A stretch of DNA of 64,000 bases from Eledone cirrhosa (GCA_964016885.1 OZ024745.1:14446001-14510000), one strand, 5' to 3'; positions 12,901-26,052 are shown, counted from the first letter of the stretch. Numbers and translations are program-made. Notes: generated from the letters alone by a model not told the origin.

Positions 12901-15734
12901 TTGTGAGTGTATGTCTGTATGTATGTCACAGAAAGAACTTATTTACTATATATTTGTGAGTCTATGTGTGTATGTCACAGAAAGAACTTATTTACTATAT
13001 ATTTGGGAGTGTGTGTATGTATGTCACAGAAAGAACTTATTTACTATATATTTTTGAGTGTATGTGTGTATGTCACAGAAAGAACTTATTTACTATATAT
13101 TTGTGAGTGTGTGTATGTATGTCACAGAAAGAACTTATTTACTATATATTTGTGAGTGTATGTGTGTATGTCACAGAAAGAACTTATTTACTATATATTT
13201 GTCAGTGTATGTGTGTATGTATGTCACAGAAAGAACTTATTTACTATATATTTGTGAGTGTATGTGTGTATGTCACAGAAAGAACTTATTTCCTATATAT
13301 TTGTGAGTGTATGTGTGTATGTATGTCACAGAAAGAACTTATTTACTATATATTTGTGAGTGTATGTGTGTATGTATGTCACAGAAAAACTTAAGTACTA
13401 TATATTTGTGAGTGTATGTATGTATGTCACAGAAAGAACTTATTTACTATATATTTGTGAGTGTATGTGTGTATGTCACAGAAAGAACTTATTTACTATA
13501 TATTTGTGATTGTGAGTGTATGTGTGTATGTCACAGAAAGAACTTATTTCCTATATATTTGTGAGTGTATGTGTGTATGTATGTCACAGAAAGAACTTAT
13601 TTACTATATATTTGTGAGTGTATGTGTGTATGTCACAGAAAGAACTTATTTACTATATATTTGTGGGTGTATGTGTGTATGTCACAGAAAGAACTTATTT
13701 ACTATATATTTGTGAGTGTATGTATGTATGTATGTCACAGAAAGAACTTATTTACTATATATTTGCCAGTGTATGTGTGTATGTATGTCACAGAAAGAAC
13801 TTATTTACTATATATTTGTGAGTGTATGCGTGTATGTCACAGAAAGAACTTATTTACTATATATTTGTTAGTGTATGTGTGTATGTATGTCACAGAAAGA
13901 ACTTATTTACTATATATTTGTGAGTGTATGTGTGTATGTATGTCACAGAAAGAACTTATTTACTATATATTTGTGATTGTGAGTGTATGTGTGTATGTCA
14001 CAGAGAGAACTTATTTACTATATATTTGTGAGTGTATGTGTGTATGTCACAGAAAGAACTTATTTACTATATATTTTTGGAGTGTGTGTATGTATGTCAC
14101 AGAAAGAACTTATTTACTATATATTTGTGAGTGTATGTGTGTATGTCACAGAAAGAACTTATTTACTATATATTTGTGAGTGTGTGTATGTATGTCACAG
14201 AAAGAACTTATTTACTATATATTTGTGAGTGTATGTGTGTATGTCACAGAAAGAACTTATTTACTATATATTTGTCAGTGTATGTCTGTATGTATGTCAC
14301 AGAAAGAACTTATTTACTATATATTTGTCAGTGTATGTGTGTATGTATGTCACAGAAAGAACTTATTTACTATATATTTGTGAGTGTATGTGTGTATGTC
14401 ACAGAAATAACTTATTTACTATATATTTGTGATTGTGAGTGTATGTGTGTATGTCACAGAAAGAACTTATTTACTATATATTTGTGATTGTGAGTGTATG
14501 TGTGTATGTCACAGAAAGAACTTATTTACTATATATTTGTCAGTGTATGTGTGTATGTCACAGAAAGAACTTATTTACTATATATTTGTGAGTGTATGTC
14601 TGTATGTATGTCACAGAAAGAACTTATGTACTATATATTTGTGAGTGTATGTATGTCACAGAAAGAACTTATTTACTATATATTTGTGAGTGTATGTCTA
14701 TGTATGTCACAGAAAGAACTTATTTACTATATATTTGTGAGTCTATGTGTGTATGTCACAGAAAGAACTTATTTACTATATATTTGGGAGTGTGTGTATG
14801 TATGTCACAGAAAGAACATATTTACTATATATTTGTGAGTGTATGTGTGTATGTCACAGAAAGAACTTATTTACTATATATTTGTGAGTGTGTGTATGTA
14901 TGTCACAGAATGAACTTATTTACTATATATTTGTGAGTGTATGTGTGTATGTTACAGAAAGAACTTATTTCCTATATATTTGTGAGTGTATGTGTGTATG
15001 TATGTCACAGAAAGAACTTATTTACTATATATTTGTGAGTGTATGTGTGTATGTCACAGAAAGAACTTATTTACTATATATTTGTGAGTGTATGTGTGTA
15101 TGTCACAGAAAGAACTTATTTACTATATATTTGTGAGTGTATGTCTGTATGTATGTCACAGAAAGAACTTATTTACTATATATTTGTGAGTGTATGTATG
15201 TATGTCACAGAAAGAACTTATTTACTATATATTTGTGAGTGTATGTGTGTATGTCACAGAAAGAACTTATTTACTATATATTTCTGAGTGTATGTCTGTA
15301 TGTATGTCACAGAAAGAACTTATTTACTATATATTTGTGAGTGTATGTGTGTATGTATGTCACAGAAAGAACTTATTTACTATATATTTGTGAGTGTATG
15401 TATGTATGTCACAGAAAGAACTTACTTACTATATATTTGTGAGTGTATGTGTGTATGTCACAGAAAGAACTTATTTACTATATATTTGTGAGTGTATGTA
15501 TGTATGTATGTCACAGAAAGAACTTATTTACTATATATTTGTGAGTGTATGTGTGTATGTATGTCACAGAAAGAACTTATTTACTATATATTTGTGAGTG
15601 TATGTGTGTATGTATGTCACAGAAAGAACTTATTTACTATATATTTGTGAGTGTATGTGTGTATGTATGTTACAGAAAGAACTTATTTACTATATATTTG
15701 TGAGTGTATGTGTGTATGTATGTCACAGAAAGAA
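3928..15734. repeat. Minisatellite array, 49-bp base unit (45/53/55-bp variants), roughly 230 copies
   Basis: Consensus TCACAGAAAGAACTTATTTACTATATATTTGTGAGTGTATGTGTGTATG. Length variants arise from gain or loss of TATG or insertion of GATTGT. All ORFs in the interval are repeat translations. Confidence 0.97.
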
Positions 15735-16183
15735 AAGACTCCGAAGTGGCGCGTCCTAGAGAAAAACAGACTTGAATTTCGATATCTGCGTCCCAAGAAA
15801 AGGTTTTGGGAACATGGAGTTTTTTAATTCCGAAAATAATAAAAGACTCCCCCCCCCCCAAAAAAAAGAGAATAGTAATACGAGCAATCATTATTACTGT
15901 GAACATTTAAGTAGTCTGGCTTTTGTTGATTATTTCATTCAGTCCATCCATAACATCAATAGGAGTGGTGTGGGGGTGGCCTTATTTTTGTAATGAGGCA
16001 GAGTTTTCCTCAGCCTATGTTTATGTGGAGACACTCACGCTAAAGTACACAACAAGCCACTGGTCCCACTTCAACATACAACTCCACTGAGTAAATTTCC
16101 ATTGAAACCCCCATGGAGAAGATTGATGATTCACAGGAACAGGCCACGGAGAATACATAATAGGAGATATTTATTACACAACA

Positions 16184-16385
16184 GGGCGGTGGATCGGCAG
16201 AATCGGAGAGCGTCGGACAATATACTTTACGTCCTTTTAGATTCTGCGTTCAAATCCCTCCGAGGTTACCTTGTCTTTCATCCTTACGGTGTCGATAAAA
16301 TAAAGTACCAGTAATGCACTGGTGTCAATTTAATCGACTTCCCCTCCCTAAAATTGTTGACCTTGAGCCTAAATCAGAAACCATT
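16184..16385 (+). mobile_element. tRNA-derived SINE (longer 3' variant)
   Basis: A-box-like TCGGCAGAATCGG; B-box GTTCAAATCC; body TTTCATCCTTACGGTGTCGATAAAATAAAGTACCAGT; tail CCTTGAGCCTAAATCAGAAACC; TSD TTTATTACACAACA. Confidence 0.88.
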
Positions 16386-16399
16386 TTTATTACACAACA

Positions 16400-16590
16400 T
16401 GGCGGTGGATTGGCAGTATCGGTAGAGGGTTGGACACCATGCTTTGCAACATAGAGTTACGTCCTTTTATGATCTGAGTTCAAATCCTGCGGAGGTTAAC
16501 TTTGACTTTCATCCTTACGGGGTCGATAAAATAAAGTACCAGTAATGTATTGGGATAATTGCTGGCCTTGTGCCAAAAGTAGAAACAATT
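16400..16590 (+). mobile_element. tRNA-derived SINE (shorter 3' variant), tandem to the previous copy
   Basis: A-box TGGCAGTATCGG; B-box GTTCAAATCC; same body; tail GGCCTTGTGCCAAAAGTAGAAACA. The TSD sequence occurs at 16170-16183, 16386-16399 and 16592-16605. Confidence 0.88.
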
Positions 16591-16904
16591 ATTTATTACA
16601 CAACAAATCCTTTAATTTCCAATCTCAAATCAAGCATCGCTGTGAAGTGCCTTAAAATATTCTATAATTAGTAATTTTAAAAACATTTAGTGAAACATAG
16701 ACAATATATACTCCAAGTAACCGATGTTCTATATGGAGCTGATCTAGAGTGAGGTATAAACTTCTTTTGTATTTCTATGATACTACTACTGTGTAGTCAG
16801 GTTCTCAAAGAAGAAGATGAATAATAATAATAATAATAATAATAAGAAGAAGATTCTTATTCTATATCTATCTTGGTTGTCCATCGTGAACGATGATGAC
16901 ATTC

Positions 16905-17547
16905 TTTATTTTTTTAGTTCCTGTGTGCAGTGGGAACGAAGGTGGCTGTGGAGGCCGATCCTTGACTTGTAGGTCCGGGGACAGTGGGGGCAGGGGAAAA
17001 GACCGGAGTCGCTTGGGGCCGCTGTTGATTCCTTTCTCCTCCTTTCACGGGCCTCACGCTAAAGAAGAAACCTGTGTGGGAAAGGTTTGTAGTGGGAGGG
17101 CCAGTGCACAGTGACAGTCCCACTCACTCGGTCGCAGAAGCCAGAATCCGGTGGTACGGAGGACCGTCACGACTAGGGACTTCCTTGGCTGCAGTGGAGG
17201 GCCACGACGTCTGTAGAGCCTTGCCGTGCCCTAGCGCCCCACACCACTTGCTGTCGCTGCCTTCGTGACCGTTGGGACGATGTTGTCCTCCTCCACTCAC
17301 TCCGCCGGGTCCAGTCTTCGCATGCAAGGGAAGGCATCCCCTATCTAACTCACCGGGGGGTTTCAGACCCATCCGGCTACTCTCAACCTGGTTCGGCCCG
17401 CCAGCCAAGGCGGTTTACCGGGGTGTGGCCGCTGTCGCATGCTACAGCTTCTTGGGGCCACAGGTGAGAGCTGAGGGTCAGGTGGGGCACAATGCAGGAC
17501 GAGCTGCCCTGAAAAGGGCATGGCCAGCCCCCCTGACACCCCAGGCA
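16905..17547 (-). mobile_element. GC-rich island, probable RTE-clade 5'-UTR-derived fragment
   Basis: Abrupt GC-rich block in AT-rich DNA with no credible ORF. The minus-strand motif GAGTGGGACTGTCACTGTGCACTGG...CACACAGG resembles ~63170-63231. RTE assignment is from recall only. Confidence 0.45.
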
Positions 17548-17602
17548 TATACACACGTATATATATATATATACACATACATATGTACATGTTTATATAC
17601 AT

Positions 17603-17790
17603 ATTTACACATTTTTGGATGGCCGTTGACTCTTATCAGTTCTTCCGCCATTTGTCAGGCTTTGTTTTTTGTCCTGCAGGGTGTCCAAAATCACCCTCCT
17701 CACCAAGTAAACTTGGTGGGCTTGCCAGTTTAGTCGCCGACGACCCGACCATGCGACAGGTTGTACTGGTTTACATGTTACCAGTAGCAC
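17603..17790 (-). repeat. Dispersed repeat shared with ~62895-62984
   Basis: TTTACACATTTTTGGATGGCCGTTGACTCTTATCAGTTCTT...GTGTCCAAAAT is the reverse complement, with few mismatches, of ATTTTGGACACC...GGCCATCCAAAAGTGTGTAAATA. Confidence 0.8.
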
Positions 17791-18193
17791 TCAAGAGTGA
17801 CCTGACTATTCTATATATAAAGCGTTGAATTACATATGCTTTTACTGTCTCTCTTGAAACACACCCAGAGAAGGTTCTATTAGGATATCATGGCTTATAA
17901 ATAATAAAGACTAAACATTGACTATTTGAAAATGAATTCCTTATTCACTTTCGATTTCCGTTTATAAAATGCGATCATCGTATCGAAACAAATTACTATA
18001 ACCATTGGAAAGTGTAGTAAAACTAAATGGAATTATAAAAGCGAAACATTTTCTGAAGTGACAGACTGAAATAACAGAGTTTAATAAAAGACATCTAAAG
18101 ATATGTCTCTAATAGATAGTCTTCTTTACATTCACTGCAGCTTTATTTCAGCAAAATCAAACGACGTGTGACGAAAATCTTCGCTAAATTATG

Positions 18194-18338
<145 letters not shown>

Positions 18339-18724
18339 GCGTGTGTTTTACTATTACATTCAGAGATATCATATATATATATATATATATAGGCGTGTGT
18401 TTTACTATTACATTCAGAGATATCATATGTGAGTTACTAATCTCCGAAATCTCTGAATTTAAATTGGAATGTAGTTTATATTCTCGGCCATCTTTTACAG
18501 CTCAGTGGTATCATCACGGTAATATATTCTAAACGATATGTCACAGCCTCGGAATGTATAAAAAAAAACAATATGTTATAAATGACACCATAACGTTTGG
18601 CTAAATATACAAAATACCTGTTAAATACAAACCAATCCCTAAAAGTGTTCTTATGGAAGGAAACGAAAGCCCACAATAATACGTAGTTACATTCTTTATT
18701 TCCTTCTCTCTAACTATATTCATT

Positions 18725-18872
18725 AGGCAGTGAATCGGCAGAGTCGTTAGAACGTCAGATAGAATATTTTGCAGTATTCATTCCGATTCTCTGCTCTCTG
18801 AGTTTAAATCCAGCCAAGGTTAACTTTGTCTTTAATCCAATCGATAAAGGTACCAGTAGATTGGGTCGATTC
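18725..18872 (+). mobile_element. Decayed tRNA-SINE, same superfamily
   Basis: GGCAGTGAATCGGCAGAGTCGTTAG head; GAGTTTAAATCC B-box; GGTTAACTTTGTCTTT...TCGATAAAGGTACCAGT body. Confidence 0.75.
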
Positions 18873-19367
18873 TTTCCAGATATCTTAATCTTACTTCAAT
18901 TCTCTCACTTTATCCTTCTCTGGAAGAAATCTGTTATATTCAGACTTGAAGAGGAGATGGGCTCCGCTAGTTTTAAAAAAGAAAAATGCCACAGAAACGC
19001 TGTATGTTAATACGGCACACCTACGACTCCCTCGGGAGTTACATACAGTTATATTAGCTATTGGTTATATACTCTTTTTATGTTTAAGTAGGGTTTGCAG
19101 TGTGACGATCAATCATTTACTAAAAAAGACGAGGTCATATGGCTTCAATAAGAAATTGAAATTGTGTAACAGCTTTCACTTGCCAGAAATTCTTTGCTTA
19201 CATACTGTAGTTGATTCTTTAAGAGTATTGATTCTTCTTCTCTTTATTATATAGTTTGCCTATTTAAATTAATTCCCGTTATGTGTTCAGATCCACTGCT
19301 TAACTTTATCAATGGGAAGACATAACAGTTAATTTCCAATTCTCCTATATGTACTGTATATGTTTGT

Positions 19368-19408
<41 letters not shown>

Positions 19409-19429
19409 CAACACACCCACAGACACACA

Positions 19430-19471
<42 letters not shown>

Positions 19472-19844
19472 CGTATATGTTTATTACTTCTAGTCGTAAA
19501 TCGGTTTTGTTCTAGCGACGTTATTCTCAGCCAAAATAAAGCACGAATGAATGTATGCGATGTGAAACATATTTTCATATCTACATGTAAGTAATTGAAG
19601 AAAATAAATGTAAAGATATTGCGAGCCTCTAAAGAGATGCAAGATTATAAATATACTTAAATGGAAGTCATGCAGCTATCTAGATTCTGGTCATTGAATA
19701 TATTGTATTTATTGGTGATATGTCTACATGATTCACATATATATATACTACAGTGTTCTTTAATAATGGTTTTTGATGTAGGCAACTGATTTCTTCCATA
19801 GAAAGAGAAATGAGAAAGGGAAAGAGATAGAAAGGAAAGAACGT

Positions 19845-19995
19845 CACCAGTACTGGAATAGAACTTTATTTATCGATATCAAAATTATGAAAGGCAAAGT
19901 CGACTTTGACGGGGATTGAATTCTTAGCGCTTTGATCAGGAATATATACCGAGGCATTTTCTTTATCCGATGTTCTAACTTCTCTGCACTACAGC
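19845..19995 (-). mobile_element. Decayed tRNA-SINE
   Basis: Reverse complement of the SINE body: ACTTTATTTATCGA...ATGAAAGGCAAAGTCGACTTTGACGGGGATTGAA. Confidence 0.65.
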
Positions 19996-20040
19996 TCTAA
20001 TACTTAATACATTTATACATAATATTATTAATTAATATAG

Positions 20041-20085
20041 TAATGCAGTGGGTAATTGCTGGCCTTGTGACAAATAGTAGAAACA
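20041..20085 (+). mobile_element. Severely 5'-truncated SINE (45-bp 3' end only) with a 17-bp TSD
   Basis: TAATGCAGTGGGTAATTGCTGGCCTTGTGACAAATAGTAGAAACA flanked by ATTATTAATTAATATAG at 20024-20040 and 20086-20102. Confidence 0.85.
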
Positions 20086-21988
20086 ATTATTAATTAATAT
20101 AGAAATCTTATGACACTTCGTAGTTGTGATACGAAAAAGAGATTATGGAAACATGAAAATCTTCTGAGTCCTACTCGGGGTTGGACTTAGACCTTGGGGA
20201 CCCGGGGCATATTAGTCTTTTTGTTCGGGGGGTGGGTGGGGTGAGGGGAGGGTCAACATACACAAACAATTAGAATACACAGCAAACACCCCAATTTTAT
20301 ATATCAAAGTTAGCTTGGCGCAAGTAATTGGAATTGAAAAATTATACATACAGGTATTAAATAAACAAATTCTAACCATCCTAAAACTATAAAGTTCAGG
20401 TGAGGGCACAAATAAATTGCTACATCTGTCACTGGCGGGGACCCCACTGCAGGGGGCCAGGGGCAATTGCCCCCTTTGCCCCCCATCAAATTCGCCCCTG
20501 GTGCTACTGACACTGGTTCTACATCAAGATTACAGTTTTAATTATTGATGATTTCCATACAATCATTTTCGATAGTAAACATCTGTTGTCATATTTCTGG
20601 CTTGACATTTGCTTGGCATCAAAGATCAGTTATAATCTTTTGTTAAAGCAACTGTGACACATTAGTTAATGAATATTCATTAGGGTAGTTAGTATGGACA
20701 TATACAGTAAGTATCAAACTTACGGACATTGCAAGAGGCCGTTCGTTGATTTGATCGTCTAATACCGTAACAATAAGCCCATATATGTTACATTGATACA
20801 GCAGGTTTCCATATGAATGATATATACACTGTATATAGAGGTATATATAACATACAATAATGAATTTAAATACTGTAAAGCTAATGACAATAAATTGTTA
20901 AAGAAAAAAGTGCTCTTTCAATTCTGCAAAAGCAGAATGGTATCCCATATCGTAGGTACGATTTCAACTTGTTTTTATGCTGTAAAAGAAGGGACCCAGC
21001 GCCTGAAAGAGCCCACAAAAACCGCGAATTTCAAACTCAGGGAATTTTTATTTTTTTCGTGAGACTGTTCGTATCTACGGAAGTTCATAAGTAGGATGTT
21101 CGTTTAGGCGAGGACTTATTATATAATGCAATGAACAGAAAAAGTTAAGTTAGAAACAATTTGATGCGGTAAGGAAAATACAATGACCCATATTGCTAGA
21201 ATTATTTATTTTCATAATCTTTTCAGTTTGATAAAAGTCATTATTTAGTAATGTGAATTTATTGATTGATTTTACATGATAGCAACATTTGCAGATGACT
21301 GCATATTTGGGAGAGAATTGAAAGAAGAAAGGGTACAATGAGTATAGCTAGTATTTGTAGGGGAACTATAGAGTCCCCTCAGAATATTAATGATGCTTAT
21401 TTTAGGGGAACTGTATAGTCCCTCAGAATATTAATGACGCTTATTTTATTAAACTTAAAAGATCAAGTGATATTGAAATAGTTATTGTAAATATATATTT
21501 TACATTTTAGAGTCATTAATGTTTAATGATTATTAACTCAACTAACCTTCCAATATTCTGTTTGTTATTTTCCAGCAACATACGTTTGGGGAAATATTTA
21601 TCTAATCGGGGGTCGATAAACGAAATATCATTTTAGGAGTGGTGGATTGGCAGAATGGCTAAATAGTTGAATGTGATGCTTTGTAGTATTTGTTCGAACT
21701 CCATGGTGATGCTTCGACCGGGAATTACAATCAACAGATAGTACCAGCAATGGAAACACCGATGGAAACAGAGTTTCCTTGGTCCAATATGGAAATTGTT
21801 TCTTTTTTTTCAGTTGTTGTTATTGCAGCTATTGTTTTGCCAAAATCGGATATTACCGAATAGTCCTATGATGAAAGATAGTGTCAGTTTTGCCATATAT
21901 TCAGGTATGGTGTATCTAGGACTATAATTATCAATGTACTCTTCCAAAGAGATTTGTCTGCTATTTCTAAAGGTTTTTCTGTGATCTT

Positions 21989-22272
21989 ATTTATCACACT
22001 GGTGAATGTGTTGAAGATATAAATATTACTATGTGAACGAATGTATTCATTGAATTATCTTTGTAAATATATTTATCACACTGTAAATATATTTATCACA
22101 CTGTAAATATATTTATCATACTGGTGAATGTGTTGAAGATATAAATATTACTATGTGAACGAATGTATTCATTGAATTATCTTTGTAAATATATTTATCA
22201 CACTGGAGAATGTGTTGGAGGTATAAATATCACTACGTGAACGAATGTATTCATTAAATTATCCTTGTAAAT
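21989..22272. repeat. Local tandem repeat, ~82-bp unit x3 with nested 20-bp duplications
   Basis: ATTTATCACACTGGTGAATGTGTTGAAGATATAAATATTACTATGTGAACGAATGTATTCATTGAATTATCTTTGTAAAT repeated. Confidence 0.85.
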
Positions 22273-24390
22273 GTGCTTTTGTGTGATTTTAAACGATTAT
22301 CCAGAAGATGATACAATTTTTTCTGTAATTTTGAGAAAACGACCTTTGGTATTTACTGTAGTGTAAACATCGGCGCGTTGCAAAGAATTTTGTATACAAA
22401 CCGTTAGAGCGTGTATATTTACGTGCATTCAACTGTATATATATTTACAAACAGAAAGTGAGAAAAATAAAGGAAGAATGGGGAAGGAAATGTAAACACT
22501 AAAATGATGAGAGGATGCGGGTGGGACAAACTCTACAACCTTAGCAAATTAAACCAATTAATTTATATTTTATCAAATAATATTTTAGAGAAATGAGAGC
22601 TAAATCAAAGACCCAATATTAACTTTAATTGATCGTCATCTAAATATACTGTATATTTACACAATAAATCAATACTACCCACCAAACCCTTCCATCCAGT
22701 CAAAGACTTGTACCAACATATGCTATCAATATCCGCAGTTTATGGCCTGAAGAAAAAATGGTAATGGTTATGTAAAAAAAAAAAAATATTCGATCTGTTT
22801 TGGGATGCAGCAGAACAAATAACCTCGTAGAATTCGTTTGCCATTAGTATCAATGATGTATTCACCCCAGTGTTTGTTTTCATACGATTAAAGTTTTGTT
22901 GTGACAGGGTTCATAATATGTATGAATATTCCGATGTGTAGAGGTAAAGATATTGCATGAGTATTTTCCCATATAAAAATATACATCAAAGAAATGAATC
23001 TGTGATCATTCATATAATCACCAACTATAACAATTTCAGCTATTATCTTCAAAATGGCGTATGAATAAGTTTCTTATTTGAAGGAAATTTCAGTGGAACC
23101 TCTAGAAAGAATAATGCTTTTGATCTATAAGTATTTTAGTAATTTGATTTTCAAACAAGCTACAAAGAAAGAAAAAGAATCACGTATGATGAAATTAAAG
23201 AGAAAATTACTAAAATTATGCAGAATTAGTGTGAAAAGGATGTATGCATGTACTCTCAGACGCAAATAATATATAAGAACATAAACAGATACATATATAT
23301 TTACACGCATGCATTTATAGAAGCAGCGAAATTATGAATTTTATATCAGCCACATAAAAATCAACACCTCAATGATTTTATAGCCTAACATATTTCAATA
23401 CATACATTTACACGTATAAATAAGAACATGATATATATATATATATATACATGTTTATGTATATATATATACATATATATGCATATATACTTATATATAT
23501 ATATACATATATATGCATATATATTTATACATATATATGAATATATATGTAGTATGTGAATATATATATATATATATATATTATTTATTATTATTACTAT
23601 ATATATATATATATATATTACAGTAATATATACAGAATATAAAATAAAATAGAGTTGGAAGGAAACAGCTATTAGGAGAAAAATAAAGATTTGAAGATGA
23701 AAGCTGTTGATCCAATAGTGGATATTGCTCAAGTTTCATTTTTACACATTAAAACCTAATTGATTATGGTTGTAATAAAACGATGAAAGATTTGTGAAGT
23801 AAATTCCGCTATCAATACTAGACATTAATGAAAATAGTTTGATAAATTGGGCTCATAAATGTTTTCTATTGAAACAGATTACTTAATGATGGGGCAAGTG
23901 AGAGGTAGAAACACGGAGCAATCGGGTGGCGGCTGTGTGGTGATGGTGACGACATATGATATATTAGCAAATATACTAAATGTGAGTTATGAAAAATTGC
24001 AAATATACTAATTGTGAGTTATGAAAAATATGTCAGTGTGTAAAATATTTGACAAATTAATCAATTACATAGGTGATAAAAATTTCATGCATTGAATATA
24101 TTTAATATTTGGCATATGAAGAACTCTAAAGGTAAATACGAATAAATAGAATAAATATAATATAAAATTATAAACAAAATATAACAATATATTTTAAAAG
24201 CATCATTGATTTTCATACATGCATACATGTATACATCTATGCATATCTAAATTCATATCACATGCATAGCTCTGTGGTTCAGGGGATTGCTTCACAAGAC
24301 CATATTTTCGGCTTCAGCACTAATTGCATGGCAACATGTGAGGGAACATTTTTAGATGAAAACCGTGTGTAAGTCTCTGATATATATATA

Positions 24391-24525
24391 TAACAAAGAA
24401 GGTGTTGTAAGATACCAGGTGGACCATAACATACCAGGGTACTCGATACTTAAGGTAGTAGTTAATAGTTCGGATCTAGCTGTCGAAACGGCCGAGGCTC
24501 AGCCGTCGGGGTCCTGACTATTTTC
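24391..24525 (+). repeat. Family C short element in (TA)n, with a 3' half-hammerhead-like hairpin
   Basis: Matches 1-91 (reverse complement) and 31339-31426. Contains GAAAC-GGC-CGAGGCTCA-GCC-GTC but no CTGANGA. Confidence 0.7.
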
Positions 24526-24693
24526 ATATATACATATATATATATTAGAAATGACTTCTACAAGACTAGAACTGTTTCATTAGTAAAAAATCATGTTGAT
24601 GTCATTTAGATATCATTTTTATGATAAAATAAAATAATAAATACACTATTCACTGTGCCACCTCCCAATAAACATAAATAACCCACCCACCTA

Positions 24694-24742
<49 letters not shown>

Positions 24743-25789
24743 ATATGTGTGTGTCTCAGTATGTAGGTTTACTGTTTGTTTATGTCCGTAACTCAGTGGT
24801 TCTACAAGTAGTGTCTCAGCTTTAAATAAATATGATTCATTTCTACAAGACACCATTAAGTACATCTGTTTTATTTATATCCAGAAGTGGTGGAGGGACT
24901 TCATAGAGAATGACAAACATAAAATGCCTGGGAACAGAGTATTTCGGAATAAATGAGACTGCGCAGCCACATGTGCTACATGGTCCAAAGACCCTTCCTC
25001 ATAAAAATTTCATAAATATACCATAATAGTCAGGTGTAGTTTAATACAGATACACACTCACTCACACACACACATACATATACATTGTGTTATGCGCAGA
25101 CATGTTTCTTTTTTATTAGCCCTCTCCCATCTAAAAAGCTCATCGGTCCCGGAGTAGTAGACATAGTCGGGTTGGCTAAACGGAAGAAATTGTTACACTT
25201 GGTGACACGTGGTAGTGATTAGTAGTCGTTGAGAAAAGGAATGTTTTTTTTCTTAAAGAAGTACAATGTTGACTTCAATATTCGTTCTGAGAATATACAT
25301 TTATAGAATAAAACTTAGAAAATATATATATTTATTAGTATGTATTATGAACAATTTTGTGAAGACGCAATATTAAATTAAATTTTCTGAATGTTAAGTT
25401 GATGGAAAATTAAATAAAATATAAAGTTGGTAAGATGAAAAAAAAAAAAAATAAATAAAAATCTCAAAACAAACTAGTTTGCTAAAATCTGTTTTTGTCC
25501 CTCAAAAGCAGGTGTGGATTGGAAATTACTTAGTAAATTAATAAACAAGGTTCTTCCAAATACAATTAAAAGATAAGTAATTGTTTTCTTCTTAAGTTCT
25601 TAAGGTATCAATATGAAATCCAATATCTTTTACTGTTTAGTCAAGGAGGGAAGGTTGGGTATTATTTATAACACATTTAAGGACTTCAAAGTCTGGGGAG
25701 AAGGGAGGAGGAAGGTACCTTCAAACTGGATACATAGCCCGAATGCTTCCATCCTGATGCACTCAGATAAAAATAACGAGGCCAGGTAG

Positions 25790-26052
25790 TCATGTTAATT
25801 AGGTGACATATTAAGTCTATCACCTAAATAGATCACACTGGGATTCGAACTCAGAACTGAAAAAGCTAGAATAAATACCGCAAGGCATCTTTTCTGACGC
25901 TCTAATAATTAGCCTAATCCGTCGCCCTGGATTAGTGCTTTATTGACTCAGGTAGGATCCAAAACAAAATTGATGTCAGTGAGATTTGAGCTCGGAATTC
26001 AAGGAACTGGAATAAATACCACCGTCGTTTCACCAGATCTGCCAATTCACAA
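25790..26052 (-). mobile_element. Two adjacent decayed tRNA-SINE copies
   Basis: Reverse-complement B-boxes GGATTCGAACTCAG (~25840) and GATTTGAGCTCGG (~25983), followed by AATAAATACC and reverse-complement A-box-like heads (CTGCCAATTCAC). Confidence 0.6.

Noticed and set aside
3928-15734. CRISPR-like array (constant repeat plus variable spacer) and dozens of Cys/Tyr-rich ORFs
   Set aside because: The spacers are GT/GTAT microsatellite variants rather than unique sequences. There are no cas genes and the context is eukaryotic. The ORFs are repeat translations with frequent stops.
20190-20505. GC-rich ends suggesting a MITE
   Set aside because: One end resembles a transposon terminus (CCAGGGGCGAATTT on minus), but I could not identify a matching TIR or TSD.
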